Assembly (NCBI GenBank): GCA_031425655.1
Contig: JANPJS010000118.1
Location: forward strand, 1 to 10,811
Reading direction: 5' to 3'
From: Abditibacteriaceae bacterium
GTDB lineage: Bacteria; Armatimonadota; Abditibacteriia; Abditibacteriales; Abditibacteriaceae
Length of the DNA: 10,811 nt
The notes beneath the pieces were generated by a model, which saw only the letters and a list, made by a program, of their open reading frames with translations, was not told where the DNA came from and did no database searches. Position numbers and translations under genes: made by a program. This document shows positions 7,046 to 10,811 of the stretch, in pieces. The number at the start of each line of letters is the position of its first letter. Position 1 is the first letter of the stretch.

Positions 7046-8095
7046 ATGCTGACCGCCCATCTTTATAATACGCAATCGCAGAAGCTGCGCATTCTGAGCC
7101 GCGACGAATTGCTGGCTGAAGCGCCCTCGCCCGAAGAGCGCACGCAAAAGCAAAACGCGCCCGGCAAAAGCGTGGGTCTGCTGACGCGCGGCGTGGCGTA
7201 TTGTCATGCCGACGAGTTCGTGTGGGTAGACATCACCGCGCCCGACGAGGCCGATTTTACTTTGCTCACCGAGCGTTTCAACGTGCATGAAATGGTTCTC
7301 GAAGACGTGCACGGGCAGGAAGGACGGCCCAAGCTGCACGAATACGACGACCAGCTTTATCTGGTCTTTCACGCGCTGTTAAAGCAAGAGAAAACCGAGC
7401 ATTTCAGCGTGCATTTGCAGGAAATAGACTGCCTCGTCGGCCCCGATTACGTCGTGACGCTGCATACCGAAGAAATTTCGCCCTTCGAGGATTTACGCAA
7501 GCGCTGGGAACGTCATCCGACGCTGATGCAGCCCGGCCCGGCGTATTTGCTTTACGAATTGATGGACGAAGTATTGGACGATTATTTTCCGCTTTTAGAC
7601 GTGATGGACGACCATATTGACGACATGGAAAATCGGATGCTGGAAGGCGACGGACAAAATTTGTCGGGCGAGATTTTCGGCTTGAAGCGCAGTCTTTTGC
7701 AAGTGCGTCACATTGCCGGGCCAACGCGCGACGTGGTCAACACGCTGCTGCGCCGCGATGCCGAAACCGGCGGCAAGCACTTCGCGTATTTTCAAGACCT
7801 CTACGATCATGCAGTGCGCATCGTGGACATGATTGACACCTTTCGAGAAATCCTTTCGGGCGCGCTGGACGTTTATTTAGCCACGCAAAGCAATCGCCTC
7901 AACGAAGTGATGAAAACCATGACCGCAATGAGCATCATTTTGCTGGCGCCCAACCTCATCGCGGCGGTTTACGGCATGAACTTCGAGAATATGCCCGAAT
8001 TGCACACCCGCTTCGGCTACTTCGGCGCATTGGGCGCGATGGCATTCGTCGCTGTCGGTCTCGTTGTTTACTTCAAGCGCATCCGCTGGTTGTAG
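7046..8095 (+). CDS. corA: Magnesium/cobalt transporter CorA
   Basis: WVDI, ED...RPKL, LLYELMDEVLDDYFP, YFQDLYDH, SNRLNEVMKTMT, the signature YGMNF-x2-MPEL, two C-terminal TM helices and FKRIRWL. Confidence 0.95.
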   Translation: MLTAHLYNTQSQKLRILSRDELLAEAPSPEERTQKQNAPGKSVGLLTRGVAYCHADEFVWVDITAPDEADFTLLTERFNVHEMVLEDVHGQEGRPKLHEYDDQLYLVFHALLKQEKTEHFSVHLQEIDCLVGPDYVVTLHTEEISPFEDLRKRWERHPTLMQPGPAYLLYELMDEVLDDYFPLLDVMDDHIDDMENRMLEGDGQNLSGEIFGLKRSLLQVRHIAGPTRDVVNTLLRRDAETGGKHFAYFQDLYDHAVRIVDMIDTFREILSGALDVYLATQSNRLNEVMKTMTAMSIILLAPNLIAAVYGMNFENMPELHTRFGYFGALGAMAFVAVGLVVYFKRIRWL

Positions 8096-8100
8096 AGTGA

Positions 8101-8158
8101 CGGAACCCCACCTGCCCAGAGGGCGCCCGCCCCTTGCTAAGGGGGTTTGGGGGTTCCG
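8101..8158. repeat. Short palindromic element related to the BoxC/REPIN-like family, with an inserted unit in the left arm
   Basis: cggaacccc...cccctt-gct-aagggg...ggggttccg palindrome. Bases 8111-8130 (cctgcccagagggcgcccgc) are the exact reverse complement of 71-90. The flank gggttccgcctcagg resembles gggttccgccacagg at 102-116. Confidence 0.75.
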
Positions 8159-8213
8159 CCTCAGGAACGAAATGGTGAAACGAGCAACTCACCTCTAAAG
8201 ATAAAATACTCTT

Positions 8214-10325
8214 GTGAATAAAGCCGAAACGGCGCGGCGCGACCCCGCTCTCAATCTCGAACCGAATCTCGAATCATCCGGCGCGCTGGATTTCCAGTCG
8301 TTGCCGGCGTTCATCGGCTTCGGCGCGCTGTGTTTGCTGCTCGTGGCGGCGCCGTTTTACCTTTCGGGCCTGTGGCAAGCCGAAATTGACGCTTTGGGCG
8401 GCGATGCTCTGGTGCCGCAGATGAGCTTTCTCTCGCTGACGGTCGGCGCCTGCTTTTTGCTGGCCTTAGCCGGCCTGAATCCGGCGCCGCGCTCGGCGAC
8501 GGGCTGGCTCATCATCGCGTTTTTGAGTTGGTGCGCGCTTTCGCTGATCGGCTCGGTTTACAAACACGATTCGGTCATCGAGCTTTCGCGTTTGGCGGCT
8601 TTGGCGGCGTGGTTTTTTATCGCGCGCACGCTGCTGGGAAGCGAAAACGAGGCGGACGACGACGCGCGCCGTTTATGGCTGCTGAGCGCAGTTGTTTTGG
8701 GCGCCGACATCGTGAGCGGCATCGCGTTACAAGCCTTTCTTTTCAGCGACGACGCCGATCTCAAACATAATCCGCGCCAGTTCAGCACCTTTTTCAACCC
8801 GAATTTGCTGGCGAATTATTGCGCCCTCGCGCTGCCTTTGGGCCTCTCGTTGCTGATGAAATCGCGCCGCCGTCCGGCGCTGCTGGTTTTCGCCGCGCTT
8901 TCTTTGGCCTTAATCTTCAGCGGACTCCTTCTCACTTCCAGCAAAGGCGGCTTTCTTTCGGCGCTGATCGCGTTATTGGTTTTCGCCGTCGCCGCGTGGC
9001 GGGCAAGAGGAAATCGCATCGCGGCACAATTGCAAGCCCATCGCAAACTTGTCGTCATCGCGGCCCTTTTCGTTCTGGTAGTAGGCGGCGTGCTTTTGCA
9101 AAAAACTTTGCTGCCTCGTTTGCAGGCGGCGCGTGGCGGCGATAACTCGACGATGTTTCGCGTTTACACCTGGCGCGGCACCACAGAAATGGCGACGGCG
9201 CGGCCTTTACTCGGTTGGGGGCCGGGCAGCTATCCTTCGGCCTATCCGCAGTTCGCAATTACCGGCTACACGCGCACCGCGCATCAGGTGTGGCTGCAAT
9301 TATCCGCAGAAAGCGGCTTTCCCGCCGCGCTTTTGCTTTTGGCCGCGTGCGGGACAAGTGCATTTTACGGCTGGCGCGCCTTGAAAACGCACCGCGATTG
9401 GCCGGTTGCCGCCGGCGCGATGGGCGCGATGGGCGCCTTTATCGCGCACGGCTGCACCGATGCCGGTTGGAGCATCAATTCCATTGCCCTCCTGCTCATC
9501 GTTGCGCTGGCGCTGCTCAATTCGCTTCGCAGCAGTCGCCACTCCGCACTTCGCGCTCCGCACTCCGCACTTAATTATTGGTGGTTGATTTCCGCTTTGT
9601 TTTTCGCGCTTTTGACCTCAGGCGCTCAACGCTTGATAAAAGGCGAAGATTTATCCGCAAAAGCGCGTGATTTGTTGACCAAAGGCGCGCCGGAAACGGC
9701 GCTGCAAACCGCGCGCGAAGCGACCGAAGTTGCCCCTTCCAACGCACGGCTCTGGCACAAATTGGGACGCATCGAAGCCGCAACGTGGCAGCCGGAAAAT
9801 GGGCAATCGGCCTATTTGCGCGCCCTGACGTTGCAACCGACCAAAGCCATCCACTACTTTTTCGTAGCGAAGTCGCTGGGCACGAGCGAAAAGGCGCGCA
9901 GCTATTTTGAACAAGCCGTGAATCTCGACCCAAACGACACCGACACGCGGCTGGCGCGGGCTGAATATTTATTGTCGTTGGAGACCCCTGAAGCGCGTAA
10001 AATTGCATGGCAAGATTACGAATACGTGGCCGCGTTGGCCGATGCGCCTTACGGTAAATATCCGGCCATTGCCGAAATGGTCAATCTCGATTTTCCGCGT
10101 GCATTTTTGAAGCTTGGCGAACGCGCATTAGCCGCGAAAAATAAATCGCAGGCAGAAAAACAGGCGACTCGCGGGTTGGAATTTCTCGCTCACTGGCACG
10201 CCAACGCAGCGCGCAATCGCCGCATCGCGCAAAGCGGCGACGGCGGCGCGCAATTCGCGGACGAGACCGCACAAGTCGCCAATTTGGAAGCACAACTCAA
10301 CACATTGAAGGAGCAAGCGAAATGA
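8214..10325 (+). CDS. O-antigen ligase (Wzy_C) family membrane protein with C-terminal TPR repeats
   Basis: Multiple TM helices and Wzy_C motifs STFFNPNLLANY, LLLTSSKGG, R-x2-TW-x7-ARPLLGWGPGSY and AHQVWLQLSAESG. The C-terminal region is TPR-like (APSNARLWHKLG, ALTLQPT, AVNLDPND). The start codon (GTG) is uncertain. Confidence 0.87.
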   Translation: MNKAETARRDPALNLEPNLESSGALDFQSLPAFIGFGALCLLLVAAPFYLSGLWQAEIDALGGDALVPQMSFLSLTVGACFLLALAGLNPAPRSATGWLIIAFLSWCALSLIGSVYKHDSVIELSRLAALAAWFFIARTLLGSENEADDDARRLWLLSAVVLGADIVSGIALQAFLFSDDADLKHNPRQFSTFFNPNLLANYCALALPLGLSLLMKSRRRPALLVFAALSLALIFSGLLLTSSKGGFLSALIALLVFAVAAWRARGNRIAAQLQAHRKLVVIAALFVLVVGGVLLQKTLLPRLQAARGGDNSTMFRVYTWRGTTEMATARPLLGWGPGSYPSAYPQFAITGYTRTAHQVWLQLSAESGFPAALLLLAACGTSAFYGWRALKTHRDWPVAAGAMGAMGAFIAHGCTDAGWSINSIALLLIVALALLNSLRSSRHSALRAPHSALNYWWLISALFFALLTSGAQRLIKGEDLSAKARDLLTKGAPETALQTAREATEVAPSNARLWHKLGRIEAATWQPENGQSAYLRALTLQPTKAIHYFFVAKSLGTSEKARSYFEQAVNLDPNDTDTRLARAEYLLSLETPEARKIAWQDYEYVAALADAPYGKYPAIAEMVNLDFPRAFLKLGERALAAKNKSQAEKQATRGLEFLAHWHANAARNRRIAQSGDGGAQFADETAQVANLEAQLNTLKEQAK
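9540..9572 (+). repeat. Heptamer tandem repeat (consensus CACTCCG, ~4.7 units) inside the O-antigen ligase CDS
   Basis: cactccg cacttcg cgctccg cactccg cactt; encodes HSALRAPHSAL between two hydrophobic segments. Confidence 0.8.
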
Positions 10326-10756
10326 TCTCTATTTTAGTGCTACACGGGCCGAATTTGAATTTATTGGGCCGTCGTGAGCCGGGAATTTACGGCCACGTCA
10401 CGCTGCAAAATATCAACGAGAATCTGCTGCGATTGGGCGCAGAATTGAACGCGGATGTCACAACGGCGCAAAGCAATCACGAGGGCGCCTTGCTCGATAT
10501 ATTGCACGCTTCGCAAGCCGGCGCCATCGTGCTCAATGCCGGAGCCTTGACGCATTATTCTTACGCGCTGCGCGACGCCATCGCCGCGATTTCGATTCCC
10601 GTCGTCGAAGTGCATCTTTCCAACACAGCGGCGCGCGAAGATTGGCGACACAAAAGCGTGATTTCTGAAGTTTGCGCCGGCAGTATTTTCGGCTTCGGCG
10701 TGCTGAGCTACGAACTCGGCCTGCGCGCCGCCATTCAATTATGCGCAGCCACTTAA
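10322..10756 (+). CDS. aroQ: Type II 3-dehydroquinate dehydratase
   Basis: HGPNLNLLGRREPGIYG, QSNHEG, NAGALTHYSYALRDAI and VEVHLSN-x3-RE-x-WRHKS; 144 aa. Overlaps the upstream gene (ATGA). Confidence 0.96.
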   Translation: MISILVLHGPNLNLLGRREPGIYGHVTLQNINENLLRLGAELNADVTTAQSNHEGALLDILHASQAGAIVLNAGALTHYSYALRDAIAAISIPVVEVHLSNTAAREDWRHKSVISEVCAGSIFGFGVLSYELGLRAAIQLCAAT

Positions 10757-10773
10757 ACCACTAAAAATATAAA

Positions 10774-10805
10774 CGGTAAGACGGGAAGGGCGGTAAGACG
10801 GGAAG
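10774..10805 (+). repeat. Direct repeat cggtaagacgggaag x2
   Basis: Exact 15-bp copies at 10774-10788 and 10791-10805, just after the aroQ stop. It may continue beyond the window. Confidence 0.65.
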
Positions 10806-10811
10806 AAAATT

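Noticed and set aside
1371..8095. Mn riboswitch and corA as one metal-homeostasis locus
   Set aside because: They are about 5.6 kb apart, on opposite strands and separated by unrelated genes. I recognised no Mg (M-box) riboswitch upstream of corA.
1..8158. Dispersed palindromes with 38-bp spacers as a CRISPR array
   Set aside because: The arms are inverted rather than direct, the copies are kilobases apart, the spacers are homologous to each other, and no cas genes are present.

Overview
Bacterial chromosomal window (moderately GC-rich) with ten credible CDSs: Tim44-domain membrane protein (-), DUF4326 protein, Gfo/Idh/MocA oxidoreductase, PhyH-family dioxygenase, two aldo/keto reductases (all +), a TIM-barrel sugar isomerase/epimerase (-), CorA, an O-antigen-ligase/TPR protein and AroQ (+). 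The main non-coding signal is a complete yybP-ykoY (Mn2+-sensing) riboswitch on the minus strand (1371-1473). It has a mutually exclusive intrinsic terminator, which predicts an ON switch, and it controls a Tim44-domain gene rather than a usual Mn exporter. Four intergenic regions carry REP/REPIN/BoxC-like palindromes. Three of them are interrupted by the same ~17-nt unit (YGCCCAGAGGGCRCCCG), which looks like a tiny element inserting into other palindromic repeats. All family calls come from motif recognition by eye; no searches were run.
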